Positions 50,888 to 64,000 of a DNA stretch of 64,000 bases are shown piece after piece. The stretch comes from Moniliella sp. 'wahieum' (lineage: Eukaryota). How positions within the stretch are numbered: position 1 is the stretch's first letter; each line of letters begins with the position of its first letter. The notes under the pieces are model-generated. The model made no database searches. It had not been told where the DNA came from and worked only from the letters and a program-made list of their open reading frames with translations. The stretch spans positions 1 to 64,000 of the forward strand of contig RSEE01000053.1 in the NCBI GenBank assembly GCA_003971905.1. Reading direction: 5' to 3'. A program made the translations under genes and the position numbers.

Positions 50888-51681
50888 ATGTTCGTTCGTG
50901 CCTCTTCCTCTGCTCGGTCTGCTCTCACAGCCGGTGTGCGCTTCGCCTCCACACGTGCCGCTGCGCCCGCTGCGCCTGCTGCCCCGGCCCCCGTGATGGG
51001 CCGACGCGTCGCCACCCCCTGGCCACCCTGGGGGGAGTGGCCTACCTCGCCTCCGGCCCGATCAGCTGTACCTCGAAAGTCGCGGGAACTATGGTGAACG
51101 TCTGGGTCACTACGCGGTCGAAGCACAGGGTGGTACGGTGCCGGAGAAGCGCGGGGCATGGCACGACCGTATTGGCAAGCCCAAAAGACCCCGGCTCCTG
51201 CGACTGAGGAGCCCCCCCGTCGTTCACCAAGCCTACCCGCGCTGCTTGGCACACCCGACTTGGCCTGATTCCTGAGCAAGTTATCATCGTCCAGTCAGCT
51301 ACCGTGACACCGGAAGGTAAGCCTGGCCACTCTCTTTTTTTCTCTTTGACGCACTGCTAACCCCTTTTCTGGTCAGATGCAGATGAGGGAGAGGAAGACG
51401 TGGACGTCACTGTGCTTGTGGCCGAGGTGGCCGACATTCTTGCGGGAGACGAGACGCCGTTGGCCTTCGAAGCAGGCGAAGTCAACTGGGAAAGCCCTTT
51501 GTTGGCACCTAAGCTCAGTGGCCCGTGCGCCGAGAGCTTCAAGACGGCCTTCTCGTGCTTCGCCACGTCCGAGACCGAGCCCAAGGGCGAGGATTGCCTG
51601 GATGCGTTCAAGGCCACTCAGAAGTGCCTTATTCACAATGACGCGATCGATGCAGCGGCCGAGGCGTCCGAGGAGGAGTAG
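50888..51681 (+). CDS. MIA40: Mia40/CHCHD4 homologue lacking the canonical CPC motif; intron 51317-51376
   Basis: Presequence-like MFVRASSSARSALTAGVRFAS and a weakly hydrophobic segment, then AFEAGEVNWESPLLAPKLSGPCAESFKTAFSCFATSETEPKGEDCLDAFKATQKCL. This aligns without gaps to the Mia40 core (NWDCPCL..GPC..FK.AFSCF..S..EPKG.DC), and the twin CX9C motif is intact. Confidence 0.85.
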
Positions 51682-52652
51682 CTTTCCCCAAGTACTTCTT
51701 CGTCAAAGTCCTCCTTCTCTCGGCGTGACGCTTATGAATGGAATGTGTGAAATGAACGAATGGCTGTCTAGTTATGTCCTTTTCGGGGCGTTGTGGTACT
51801 GGTGGGTTGACTCGGCTGAAGCGCCGACGTCTGGTTCTGTGCTGTCCATCTTGATCGACTTGAAGCTTGATCCCCATCCAAAACGGGTGGGCTGGGCGGG
51901 CTGGGCGGGCTCTAGCACGTGTGCACAGACCAGGCTTGGGCGACGCTCCACATCAGATAGATGAGCTCATCACTCAACAGTTCAATTTTCAATTGATCAA
52001 TTAATCAATGATCGATGATCGGCGGCGCGAACTGAACTGCTCATTTAAAGTGAGTGAGGTGAGATGATCGATGATCGATCATCAGTACCTGTACCAGTGG
52101 GTTATTCTGCCAGGCAGGCTCAGCTTGGTGCAGCACGCGTCTAGCTGGTGTCTCCCTGTCATCATCCCCATCATCATGTTCCTCCCATCCATCCGCTCCA
52201 CGTGATGTATGAGCGCTGCGTTCCAATAGGAGCAGGGGAGCCTGAGCTTCGGGTTTCATTATACGACGCATGGACGTTGAACTAAGAGAGGTCTTCACGA
52301 CGCAAGCAAGAGGCATGGTAAAAAGATGGCAAGGATAATAACCAAGCAGACAAGTAGGAGCCAAGATCAAAGCGAAAAAAACGAAAGGAGAAGCAGTGGG
52401 AAACCTCGCGGCCGCCAAGGGAACGTAGGATCATGTTGACAGCCTCCGGGGCTGGAGACCCATGTCTGGGGAAGACAACGTCATCCGGCAGGGCATAGGT
52501 CAAAAGGGTGCGGGTCAAAAGGAAGTTGGGGGCGGATCCGAGAAAGGGAGTGATACGACCAAGCCGAGAAAGCAATCCAAGGTGGACCGTGAACGCGTCA
52601 ACCGAAAAAGAGTGTGATAGATGGCCATGACCATGATGCATGATGATAACGA

Positions 52653-54656
52653 TCAGGCGTGGTGATCATATGCATCGGGGTAGCCACCTGGCTCAGTGTA
52701 GCCTACCACTTGGTCTTCGTTCGACACCAACGACGTTCCAACCGATTGGCCCGAAACGCCCGACTGGGGCCGAGCAGCTCCTACCAGTGTGCGCGGGCCG
52801 GCAGAGGCCGTACGAGCATGGGTGTTCCCCACTTCTCGCTGGGCAACCGAGGTGGACCGCCCATGTCCTCCGGCGGGAAGGTCGTCGGTAAGCCCTGCGG
52901 CAGTAGCGGCTTGGTAAGCAGCAAAGCCTTGGTCAACTGGCTCGGCCGCGGGGAAATCAGCGGGCGTCCATGCCTCGCTCGCCCTGGGCTGATGGCCAGC
53001 CGGCCGCGCATCCATATCGGCCGACCAAGGATCATCCGCCGCGTCGGCGACAAAAAGGGGGTGTTGGCCTTGCGCTTCGGGCTCGGCAATCACGTGGGTC
53101 GCTGTGTCTGTGGTCGTACTCTCCTCTGGCAGGTAACAGGTTGGGGGCCGTACCGTTGGTCCTCCGATTGCGTGTAGGCATGGCCAATGGGTCCGTTGGA
53201 AACCATAGCACCATCATCGTACGCTGCATCGTGGGAAAAGGAAGTATCTGCGTAGGCAAGGCCAAATTCCTGTTGGGGCGGCATGGGAGACTGGCCCGGG
53301 GTCAGATCCAGATCAAAGGGGTTGGTCGCCTCGGAGGGAGTGATGACCGAGTCATGCGGCCCAGGGGCAGCAGACAGGGGATGACTTCCTCCGGGGATTT
53401 CCAGTTCAATTGCCTCGGCCGAAGGAAGCGGACGAGCGCCCATTTTCTCTTCGGCCGACATGACGGCAAAGTCGTCTAGATCCTCCATGTCGTCGTCTTC
53501 CATCCCACGACGAGCAGGGGCAGGGGGGTACCACGATTGTTTCAAGTTGGACCCGGAACCGATGACGCCCGTCGAGGAGGAAGCACGATGAGACCGATCG
53601 CCAGCCAAGGGGGAGGGCACGGTAGGGTCGTATGCCGAGACGCGTGTGCCTGGAGCAAAGGAAATTTGGGAGGAGCGCTGACCTGCGTTGTTCCACTCCA
53701 TGTCGTTGCTCGCACCGATGCCGGCACGGTTGTGCAGCCCATAGTCTACCGAGTACGAAGTGCCATGCATCCCTGGACCAAACGTGCTGCCGGGGCGAGA
53801 CTGCGAGACGTAGGAAGCCGGGCGGGAACCCGGAACAGCACCGTGACGACCATCTCCACCTGCGTTCCAGTCGATGGAGATACGGCTCATGCGCTTGTCC
53901 ACCTTCTCGGCAAAGTCGGCCGTCTTGTTGTTGCGATTAATGTGGAGTTTGCGGATGACCAAAGAAACAACCACGACAAGCACAATGAGCGGACACACAA
54001 TTGCCGCAGTCTTGCCTGCACCGGTCAAGCCGCCCGAGGCGTAGAAGACGGAGATTACCTTGTCGCTCATCGACGGATCAGAAAAGGCGTCCTTGGGGGG
54101 GTTGTGACCCTTGCTAGGCGCAACGTACATCGCGGTCCAGGTGGGGCCGGTTGGGTTGGCCGTGTCCCACGGCTGGTTGCCCGAGGTGACAATGTTGATG
54201 TACAAGCTCTGGTTCTGTGAGGTATGCGGGTCATCAATCCACCACGAGGGAGCGAGCTTAACCGAGGTAGAGCCCTTGTCGGCGGGGATGGAGCGCCATC
54301 CATGGATAGGGAGAAGGAGGGACGACTTGTTGAGGGCATACAGGTACATGTCCAGCGTGCCGCCGCTGTTCTTGAAGCAGGTTTGTCCCAAGAAATGGTG
54401 GTCTTGACAGAGGTATCAACGAGAGCGCCGGCGGCGGGGGCGAGGTAGCCCTCGGCAAGGAGGCATTGGGTCTGGTTGACTGCGTGAGACGTGGTCAGGA
54501 TGCAGCTGGAGAAGACGGGCACAGGACAGGGCGAGAGGGGAACCTACGTGCACGCTTGCCCCAGACGGGCGGCTGGGGGCGGGGCTTGGGCTGGTGGTTG
54601 AGGCGGTAGTTGGACCAGCCGGCGGAGAGGACGGCGTCCTGGTTGGCAGCAGGCAT
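52653..54656 (-). CDS. Single-pass membrane protein of unknown function; intron ~54481-54548, frameshifted
   Basis: Cys-containing N-terminal domain after a KR site, TM segment TAAIVCPLIVLVVVVSLVI, basic juxtamembrane region, VDKRMSRISIDW and a long disordered tail. Confidence 0.7.
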
Positions 54657-57600
54657 TGCGCGCGGGCGTGAGGAGATGTGGGAGGGTGGGGATGGAGGGG
54701 GCCGAGCCAGCGGCGGCGAAGGAGAGGATGGATGGGGTGAGGTTGGGTGGATGCTGGCGGCGACGGCTGATCTGAGGCGAAGGGCTGCTGGGTAACCCTA
54801 AGGGTGCCCAGGCGTCCAAGCCGCCGCCGCGCCTCGGGGCGCGTGGCCGGTGGGGCGGGTGGTTATGTCAGCAGATCGGCGGCCTATCCCAGGCACTCGG
54901 CCGCTGTGATCCGCGCGCGCGCGCCCGGCAGCGGTGGACCCTGGCGCAGCCTGGCACCAGCGGCAGCAGGGCGCTGATCGGCATCCCGACAGCGTGTGGC
55001 TGCCCCCATGCCTCCCGCGGGGGGCACTGCGAAAGTGACTGCGGGAGTCCGCAGCCTGCCACTCCAGCCCCAGCATACTCAGCCTCAGGCCTGAGAGGCC
55101 AGCCGCCGTCATGCTCATGCATCATGCATCATGCAGGACTGAAATTTGCAAGGAACGACCAATGACCCATCCGACGCTATAGCACAAAGCAGCAAGTAAA
55201 ATCCAAGCATTGTCCAACTCCATCGATATGAACCAGCAGCATCCACTGGTTCTCCGCTCCACCACTCTTGCCCCAAAACGTCCATTGCCACGCCATACCT
55301 ACTATACTACAACCGTATCATTGACAGAGCCTAAGGCTGGGACCACGAAACGCTGCGCCTAAACCGACCCGTTAACGCATCTCCTGCGTGTGCTGCTTGG
55401 TAGCGCCAACCCCGCTTAAGGAAACAGGGGAATCGCCAGCAGATCAGATTGGTGATATGGTATCCTCTCCAGCGTGAAACGGTGGACCGGCGGAACGATG
55501 GCTACGGTGGCGACGATCGTCCAGCACAAGCTGGGGCGAGAAGCCCCAGCAGCTGACCGGGCCGTAGGCCCGACGGTGGTCTCCTTGTACCTACTATAAC
55601 AACTTTCCCGCCCACCGGGGGTGTTGTTTTTCGAGATAAAGTAGTTCCAGCTGGCGCCTTCGATCATCTCGCTGCAAGTAACAACGTGTACCGTGCTTTC
55701 TCAAATACCACCGTCCCCCATCGGCTTTTGTACGGGGCTTCTGAATCCACAATATAGTGATAGTGACAAGATAATCGGTTGGACGTTGAACGTGTTGAAC
55801 TTGAACGCGTTGAACGTTGAAAGTTGACCTTTTTCTCCAGTCCAATCACAGTCTCGATCGACGCACGTCCGTTCCGTAAGTTGAGGGTAAGGCTCGGCAG
55901 GTCCCCACCCAGCTTCTCACAGAAAACTCACGCGCGTGGCGAGACGTCCATCTCATTTCCCAGAATACATGGTAAAATGTCGTCCTCGTCTCCGGCACCA
56001 TCACAACCTGCCCAAATCCACAATAAGAAACCGTCGGGTCCGCAGCCCCGCGGCCGTTGCGCTCTATTAATCAGTGTGGAGATAAGGAAGAGAGGGAGAG
56101 TCCCACACCCTGCAGATGATCATCTGGTGGAATTGTTGCTACCCGAAAAAGTATGTCTTCCTCTTCTTGTTCACACGTTCACATCTGGAGAAACCCAGAA
56201 CTCGGGGTCGGGTCCACGTAAGACCCACACAGTTCTAATGATTAATGACGAATGAGGGATGTGTATCCAATGTTGAAAGCGGTGGTCAAACATACAAGTG
56301 GGCGACTAGGTTAACACTCTCTCCCACAGCCCCGACGGATCATGGTCAATCCGCCCCCTCTCAGATGTAGGCCTGAGGCCTCAATATCAATTAAGGTAAA
56401 AAGGTAGGAGTTATATACAAAGGTATATATAGGCGCGGAAATGGTGCAGCACAGAAAGCAAAAAATAGGACCACACACGTGCAGCACATCTGTCACATGT
56501 CAAGCTTCAAGTCTCTCACACCCACCCAAGGGCCTAAGGCCTAAGGCCTCTAATCATTAATCACTTCGAATATGTCCGCTGTGAAATGGATAGTGCGGGA
56601 GAGAAAAAGAAATTCAGTGGCGTTGCCCTGCAGGCGTGTGCATATACCCTGTACATTTCCTGACATGCGGTTGTTGCTTGTGTGGGTGGAGCGTGGAGCC
56701 GTCTTTCTCCACTGTCTGTTGCCTAGAAGAGCATATTCGCAAACTTAATAATCGAGATCGAGAGTGACTAGTGACTAGCAGTGACTAGTGCTAGTGATAA
56801 TCGATAATGTGGGTATGATATATGAGCGATTGTAAGGGTCTGTGAGTTACTAACGCCGGTGCCATCTAACTATCACAGAGAAAACACACAGGAACCATCA
56901 GTGCATCAGTGCTCGCAGTCCTTCAGTGTGCTTCCGGCACATAATTTGTCACCACGACAGAGAGCCTGGATCTCCGCACAGAAAGTACAGAGGGTGGCAA
57001 CAAGACAGGGCAAGATCGCCCTTCCGTTAAACAGCTAGACTCTGGAAAAAGCCCAAAAGACATTCAAGTCCAGCCACGTGTAGCACACGGACTTACGATA
57101 GTCGATAACATCTGGAGGCGCGTAAGGCTCATGAAGTGCATGAAGCCGCTTGCAGCTTGACGCTTGCATCTTTCATCTTGCATCTTGCAAGATCACCTCG
57201 CCATATGGTCTCCCACCAAGTTTGCCAAGGCGCACTTTCACTTGACGAGTGCGACGAGCACATGCCATCCGCATCTCTCCATGATCACTCACAGCACGTC
57301 GAACAAAATTTCCTGCTGCCTCCCGCTCCGGGCCTCATCATGCCAAGAACGAGAGCGGGTCTATGGCGAGCCCAGACCCAGACTGAGGCCTGAGGGGCCT
57401 GACGCCTGTGCCTCACTCAGGTACTCAGGCATCTCAATCTCACGGCGTAGTCTGTTTTTGATTCCCCCACATGTTCTCGTTTGTGGCCACCGCACAGTGC
57501 CCCCATGCCTCGTCGCGTGTGGAGACCGGGTTTATCTAGGTGTGATTATCGCCTCTCGATCATCTCGATCATCGATTAATGCACTGGCCGACACTAAGGT

Positions 57601-57719
57601 CAATGTTTCACAAGGGTCACTTTGCCTTTTTGCACCATCTTGACCTTTAGTTATAATAGCTGTTCGTCTGCGTTCCACCCGCGTTCTTTCCCCCCATCCT
57701 TGCTCCCACCCCCACCACC

Positions 57720-60417
57720 ATGGACATCAGCCCTACCGAGAAGGAGGTAGTGACCAAGGAGCCGGTTGAGAACGATGAGAACCCCAAACCGCCTACATCC
57801 TCGACCACGAAGCGTCCTGTTTTGGTGGCATTGAGAACGACATTCGTCATGAGATCACCAATGGCCGCATCAACGATCCTAATCTTGACCCCGAACTGCT
57901 GCAAGAAGCAGATCGTGCGCTTCGCAAGGGCGACCAGAAGGCCGAGCTACGTCTTGAAGATGTGATCGGGGACGATTCCATCTACCCCGAAGTGCGTGCC
58001 GCCGTCAGCAACATTGACGACCCAACATGAGGGCCAACACGTTGCGCACCTGGCTCATGGGCATGATTTCCTGTACAGTGCTTAGTGGTATCAACATGTA
58101 CTTCTCTGCTCAGGTACGTTGCATTTGTTCGCCGTGATGTTGTTTGTGCTCGCAGAAGAAGGGACGTCTCGGGCTAACTTACTCATCGTTTCTTTTCGCT
58201 CTGATAGTGGCCTATGGTTCGATTCCCATCTATTGCAGTGCAATGTTTGCCTACCCCATTGGTGTGGCCATGTCCAAGATTCCCTACCCCCCATTGGCCC
58301 TTGGCCGACTGGGTCAACCCCGGTCCGTTTAACATCAAGGAACACACGCTGATCACCGTCATGGCCACGGTTGGCGTTGGCTCGGCATATTCCACAGACA
58401 TTTTCATCACACGCAGCACGCGACTATGGTCAGCACATCACTGCTGGGTACATGATTCTTCTTACGCTCTCGACCCAGCTCATTGGATTTTCTTATGCTG
58501 GCTTTGTCGCCAGGTGCTGGTATGGCCTGCCTCGATGATTTGGCCAAGCAATTGACCAGCACAGCGTTCCTCACATCGATGCACGATAACAAGAAGGTCG
58601 GCTGTTTCCGTGGCTGGTCTCGGTTCAAGATGTTTTCCGTGGCGTCGTTCCTCATGTTTTTGTGGGAAGTGGTTCCGTCGTATCTCTTTACGGGTCTCTC
58701 TGTCTTTTCGTGGCCCGCCTGGGCAGCTCCCAAGAACAAAGGTGTCAACCTTGTCTTTGGTGGGTCGGGCGGCATTGGTTTCAACCTGATCACTCTCGAT
58801 TGGCTGCAGGTTACTAGTGGACTTGGTTCGCCCATCTTTGTCCCTTGGTTTGCCATTGCCAATACGATGGTGGGTTACTTTGTCATCATTGCGTTTGTGG
58901 CGCCCATTATGTGGGCCACCAATACCAAGTACACGGGTTACCTCACTTTCTCCGACTCGGGCATCTTTGACCGTTTTGGCAAACCCTACTCGGTGAGCCA
59001 TGTGGTGACGAAAGATTATGTGCTGAACGAAGCTGCCTGCCTACGAGACTTATTCCAAGGAGTACCTCAGTGCCGTATGTCCTCTTCTTGTTGCTTGCCT
59101 AGATTAAATTCAGTATACTGACACGGTGTGAGGGCAGACATTCATCATTAGCTACTGTGTTGGGTTTGGGGCCATCACATCGACGCTGACGCATGTCGCC
59201 TTCTACTACGGCCCTCAGATTCTCCAGCAAATCAAACGGTCTCTTCATGAGGAACCTGACATTCACGCTCGTCTCATGTCGCGGTACAAGGAAGTTCCTT
59301 ACCTGTGGTACTTGGTGACCTTCCTGGCCTCCTTTGCGATGGCTGTCCCTGCAATTTACTGCTACAAGACCCAGTTGCCCATTTGGCTGTTCATCATTGC
59401 CATCCTCATGAGTGCTCTCTACACGATCCCGATCGGTATCATCGTCGCTGTCACTGCCAACGAGCCGGGTCTCAACGTGATTAGCGAGATGATTGTTGGT
59501 TACGCCATTCCGGGCAAGCCGGTGGCCATGATGATTTTCAAGACGTTTGGCTACATTTCCATGGCCCAAGCTGTTACCTTTGTATCGGACCTAAAGCTGG
59601 GTCACTATATGAAGATCCCCCCCCGCGACATGTTCTGGGCTCAGATGATTTCCACCATCGGGCCTGTCTGGTGCAAGTTGGTGTCACTGCCTTCCTCTTT
59701 GGATCGACCCACAACCTCTGCGGTGTCAATCCTGCCGAAAAGATCAGCCCGGCTCACTTTACGTGCCAGTATCAGCACACCTTCTACTCTGGTACGTTTC
59801 CTTCTACCGTACTTCCTCCTTCTTTAATTATTCTGACCTTCCATGATCACTTGATGCTTTGTCTGTTTAGCGAGCATTATCTGGGGGCTCATCGGGCCCG
59901 CTAAGACGTTTGCAATTGGCCAGACGTACGGTGCACTAAACATCATGTTCATCATTGGTGCTGTGATTCCCATCCCGACGTGGTATCTGGCCAAAAAGTA
60001 CCCCAACTCGTGGGTGCGTCTCATCAACTGGCCCGTTTTCTTCTCGGCGACGGGCATGATGCCTCCTGCGACGGGCATCAACTTTACCTCCTGGTTCCTG
60101 GTCGGCTGGTTCTTCCAGTACTACCTCCGCCACCACTACTTTGAATTTTGGAGCGACTACAACTTCTCTCTGCCGGGTTTGACTGTGGCTCGGCCATCAT
60201 GTCCTTCCTCATTTCATTGTGTCTCGAGGTACCCACCACGCGCCGCCTCGCGGTCGACAATGCGTTTAATGGTGAACACCTTTGGTGGGGCAACCGGGTG
60301 GAAGCGCAAAACCTACAGGGTTCGTATACTCTCACCATGAAGGAGGTACCTGCCCATGGCTTTGCACCCGCACCCAATGGCCAGTGGTTGCCTAACCCAA
60401 TCAAACGGCCGAAATAA
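57720..60417 (+). CDS. OPT-family oligopeptide transporter; about 3 introns, frameshifted
   Basis: DDSIYPEVRAAVSNIDDP, NPGPFNIKEHTLITVMA, VWPASMIWP, ITLDW, LMSRYKEVPYLWY, GLNVISEMIVGY and SDLKLGHYMKIPPR, with many TM segments. Confidence 0.95.
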
Positions 60418-62319
60418 AGCCGATGATCTTTTCCCCCGTGATTCATGTCGCTACTTCTAGTGCACGGCACTTTTTGCCAATCATCTTTTCGGTAACGGGC
60501 ACTCCGTACTTTGGACCAACCAGCTTCGTACTGTGGTTGTGGTCTATATTTACGTTGAGTGAATGACTTACGTTCAATGGTATATACTTACTTCTGTGAG
60601 CTGTGCGACTATATAATCCTAATAGTCCCAGACCTTTTTTCCTTCTTATCTGTTGCACTGTCATAGTTTGGCTGATCTCGCTTCTATTTCCAATTTCTTC
60701 GTCTCGAGCGTCTCGCTCTTTCCCTGTTTCTTCCACTTCGCACCATGTCCTCTGTCCTTGCTTCTTCCCCACGAACGATTGCTACACCCCTTGCCTAGCT
60801 AGTCCGATTCTGGTCTCCCTCTTCGCCTTAGCCCCGACTGTGACATGCAGGGGGAGTGCGTCTCATCTTGTTGGCTTTTAGAAAGAGTGATATCCTGTAC
60901 GCAACGCGCGACTAGGAGGGTAGAATACAACATGTGGTCCTCAAGCTGGTATGATGAAGTATGGCCCGTAGTTCAATGCTCTGTCGCGTATAATATACGC
61001 CCTCGGCTGCTTCTCTACTGCTGTGGCTGCTGTCTAGCGATGCAGGCGCACACAGCCGATTGCGTTCCGAAGGGCGTTCCAACTTTAAGCTTCAAGCTTC
61101 AACATTCAAAATTCAACGTTGATTGAATGTTCAGCCTGCCGCAATTTGGGCGGAATCCATAAGAATTGGCGGCTGCAGCGGTAATAATGTATTGCACCGA
61201 TTACCCTCCACCCAGGTTTTTCTTGTGCTGCCCTATTTATTCAGCCGTCCGACCCTTCAACCATTTGGACCACCACCACCACCACCACTCCAATCCCAAC
61301 CACCCCCACCACCACACCAATCCACCAACAAGTCCCCAGCAATGCATTCGGATCCTCGCTATTATCTACCTTCTGGTTTTGCTTGTTGCTGAACCTCTCC
61401 CATCGCTCGATGGAGCGCTTTGCTCCCGTGCAGAGAAGGACGAGATGATGATCCATTAACAATTAGAGTCAAGCACGGATCCAACCGCGTCGCAACGGTT
61501 GATGCCGATACGCTTTAAGCATTCTATCTGATTTCGTCCTTTCTCTGCCGGTTGCATTTGCCTTTCTCCTCGAGCCTGATGAGTGGAAGATTGTTCCAAT
61601 GCATGCTTTTTTCACCCGACTCTTCCTGTAGACTTATGGACGAGTCGCATCCAGAGGTGAGAAGCATGAGCATTTGAGGACATGAGAGGTTTGTTCTATC
61701 AGACCAGCCCGTACCGCCCAACAGGCCGAGCTGGCAGAGCGCAGGGCAGAACCGGAGGGAGGCCCAACGTCGACAAGGTGATGCACGACGGGGCGACCCC
61801 CCCTGCTCGTGCAAGCAAGAGGAACGCATAACCTGCATGACACGTCTACGTCGGAGAGAGTGACTGTCGGAAAATATTTGGTATCACAATGTGCATGAAG
61901 CATGAGCGTGATGCATGAAGCTGCAGCTTGAAGGCTACAAGCTAGTCAAGCTTCAAGCTTCAAGCTTCATCCTGACTTGTATCACAGAGCTTCATCGATA
62001 ATCCGAACGATCATCGAGATCATGGATCATCATAGACAGACACCATGCATCAACCAGCCGGGTTCCACCGTGGAGAACACCCGAGCTCAGGCGCTCAGGA
62101 GGAAGGACAGGAGAGCCGGCTATCTCTTCGTCCTGTGCTTGCCGCATTCCACGAGGTGTGACATGTGCGGTGCGTCCACATACTGTAAAACCAAGCAAAA
62201 TGGCGCAGTTCTCACGCGAAAGTTTCCGTGCCGTCTGGCTATCCTTTGCGATACCCCTCGACCCGACCGCACACCCATACGCGCCTGGTCGAGCAAGCAA
62301 GGTCGGGGGATGGCGCGGG

Positions 62320-62480
62320 TGTGACGCCACACTGGTGTAGTGGCGCCGGTAGCCCAAGTCCGGAACCTTCTGGTTTGTTCCGTGCAATATTCCTTCCTGG
62401 CTGGAAGGAATATTCTCTAGCCTCTGTAGCTCATGTGCAATGCAATTCACTACCAACTGCCTGTCCTCTGGTCTTCTACA
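62320..62480 (+). mobile_element. Solo LTR, family B (~161 bp)
   Basis: TGTGACG...CTACA with flanks GCGGG/GTGGG (4 of 5 TSD match). Homologous to 29173-29330. Confidence 0.78.
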
Positions 62481-63603
62481 GTGGGATGTGGCGGCATTCG
62501 ACCAACAGGACACACATGGCATAGCGCAACAATGGGCGAAGGACAAGGGGAGTGTATATAGGCGCCAGGGGGGCATATCTTTTGACGGTCTACTATACAA
62601 CCTAGATAACCGGTTAAACTTGAATAAGTTTTGCGTTTGTTTCTGGTATGGGCTAGGCAGGGGTATTATTGGACGCGGCTTGAGAGTCCTCGGTAGCTCA
62701 GTACGGGTCTGTTGGGGGGTTTGGCGTCTTGCAAAGCTGTTCCTCTGTTGCATATTGCATGTACTTCGTTGACGCGTTGACGCGTTGACGACCCTGCGAT
62801 TGGACTATGGGACGCCCAGCCTGGCTCGCGAGCAAATGGATTTTGAAGCTTGAAGCGTGAAGGGATTTGCAGACCAAACGAACCAATCAGCGTAAGAGGG
62901 CGGTGCGGCCTGCGGATCCACCCATCACCGGTGGCCACCAAGGGGGCAGTGCCAAATGCGGTGCAACCAGTCGTATCACCGGACCACCGCCACGTCGATC
63001 ACTAGCATCATCGATCACTCGATCACTAGCTATAGCTAGCTATCCTATATCATATATCACTAGCTCAGCGCTCGCTCCCGAAGTTCGTAGTCACTAGCTC
63101 GTTAGGGTCTTTCGCTCATGGCGCTCATGCATCAAGCTCGCGCAACCACAGGTCGCTAGCACTGCCCAAACGGCCTCCAGCTGGCCTCCAGCTTGCCCAG
63201 CTGCTCGGCTTGTGCGGGGGGTGGCATAATGGGGTGGCCAGGGACGCGTGACGGCGAGACCTGAGGTGGGCCTGAGACCCTGAGGCTGTGAGCAACCCAG
63301 TTACTGGGATCTACTAGGTACTCACTGAGTGCGTGTTGTGACGCGTGGGCGCGTGGGCCGGAGGGATGAGTCGGGTCAGTAGGTTGGGTTACAGAGTGAA
63401 TATTGAACATTGAACACTGAGTGAAAGGCGGATCGAGGCATTGCTATGCAGTGGAGAGTGACACAGGCTGCGTAGTGTGAGCTGTGGATCTCCTTCCTCC
63501 ACGCAATCCAACCTCGGCCTCCCCCAACCGAACCGCTGATAGCTTCTTCCTCACTTCCTTCACCTGCCCCACCACCTCCTCTTGACCTTTTTTCCTTTGT
63601 GCC

Positions 63604-64000
63604 ATGTCGTCCACCCAAAAGAAAGTGCGAACGGTACCGTGTGCATACAAGACGGGCCGCACCTTGGGCAGTGGCACCTACGCCGTAGTCAAAGAGGCGC
63701 AACGAATCGTCGATGGCCAACGGTTTGCCTGCAAGATCATTACCAAAAAGTTGCTGCGGGGACGTGCAGATGATCCGCAACGAGATTTTGGCCATGAGGA
63801 AAGTCCCAAGGCCATCCCAACTGTGTCACGTTGGTGGACTATTTCGAGACGCTCAACAGCCTCTATGTCGTCACTGAGCTCTGCACGGGAGGGGAACTGT
63901 TTGACCGGATTTGCGCACGGGGATCGTATTATGAAAAGTACGTTTTGATTGGTACCCAGCACCCACCCATTCCTCTGGCTCTATCTAGAGCGAATCTGAC
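63604..64000 (+). CDS. CMK1: Ca2+/calmodulin-dependent protein kinase (Cmk1-like), 5' part only
   Basis: TVPCAYKTGRTLGSGTYAVVKEA, FACKII, LVDYFETLNSLYVVTELCTGGELFDRICARGSYYE. An intron donor GTACGT lies at ~63938. Confidence 0.88.

Overview
Gene-dense eukaryotic DNA from a fungus, most likely a basidiomycete yeast or smut relative, judged from short GT..AG introns with CTRAC branch points and typical fungal genes. Almost every gene is broken by 1-2 nt indels, which looks like an unpolished long-read assembly, so CDS boundaries are reconstructions. Bases ~1-9,000 are lower in GC and gene-poor, with a solo LTR, a tRNA-like Pol III element and degenerate ORFs. The rest holds recognisable genes: a Bni4-like PP1-targeting protein, Air1/2, a WW-domain protein, Gos1, a secreted Ser/Thr-rich protein, a DHHC palmitoyltransferase, a Zn2Cys6 factor, a Cth1/Zfs1 tandem-CCCH protein, Syp1, carboxypeptidase S, a GH2 hydrolase, Hrt3, a Mia40 homologue, a single-pass membrane protein, an OPT transporter and the start of a CaMK. 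There are also two intron-containing tRNA-Gly(GCC) genes and four solo LTRs from two families. The most unusual observations are: (1) intergenic in-register arrays of 7-bp interrupted palindromes XY-TNA-Y'X' that vary in sequence but keep the same structure; (2) a Mia40 homologue whose catalytic CPC motif reads SPL; (3) a WW protein with about 15 tandem copies of PPLP, a WW-ligand motif; (4) a tRNA-shaped element with intact A/B boxes but a non-decoding anticodon arm. All identifications come from motif recognition by eye; no database search was run.
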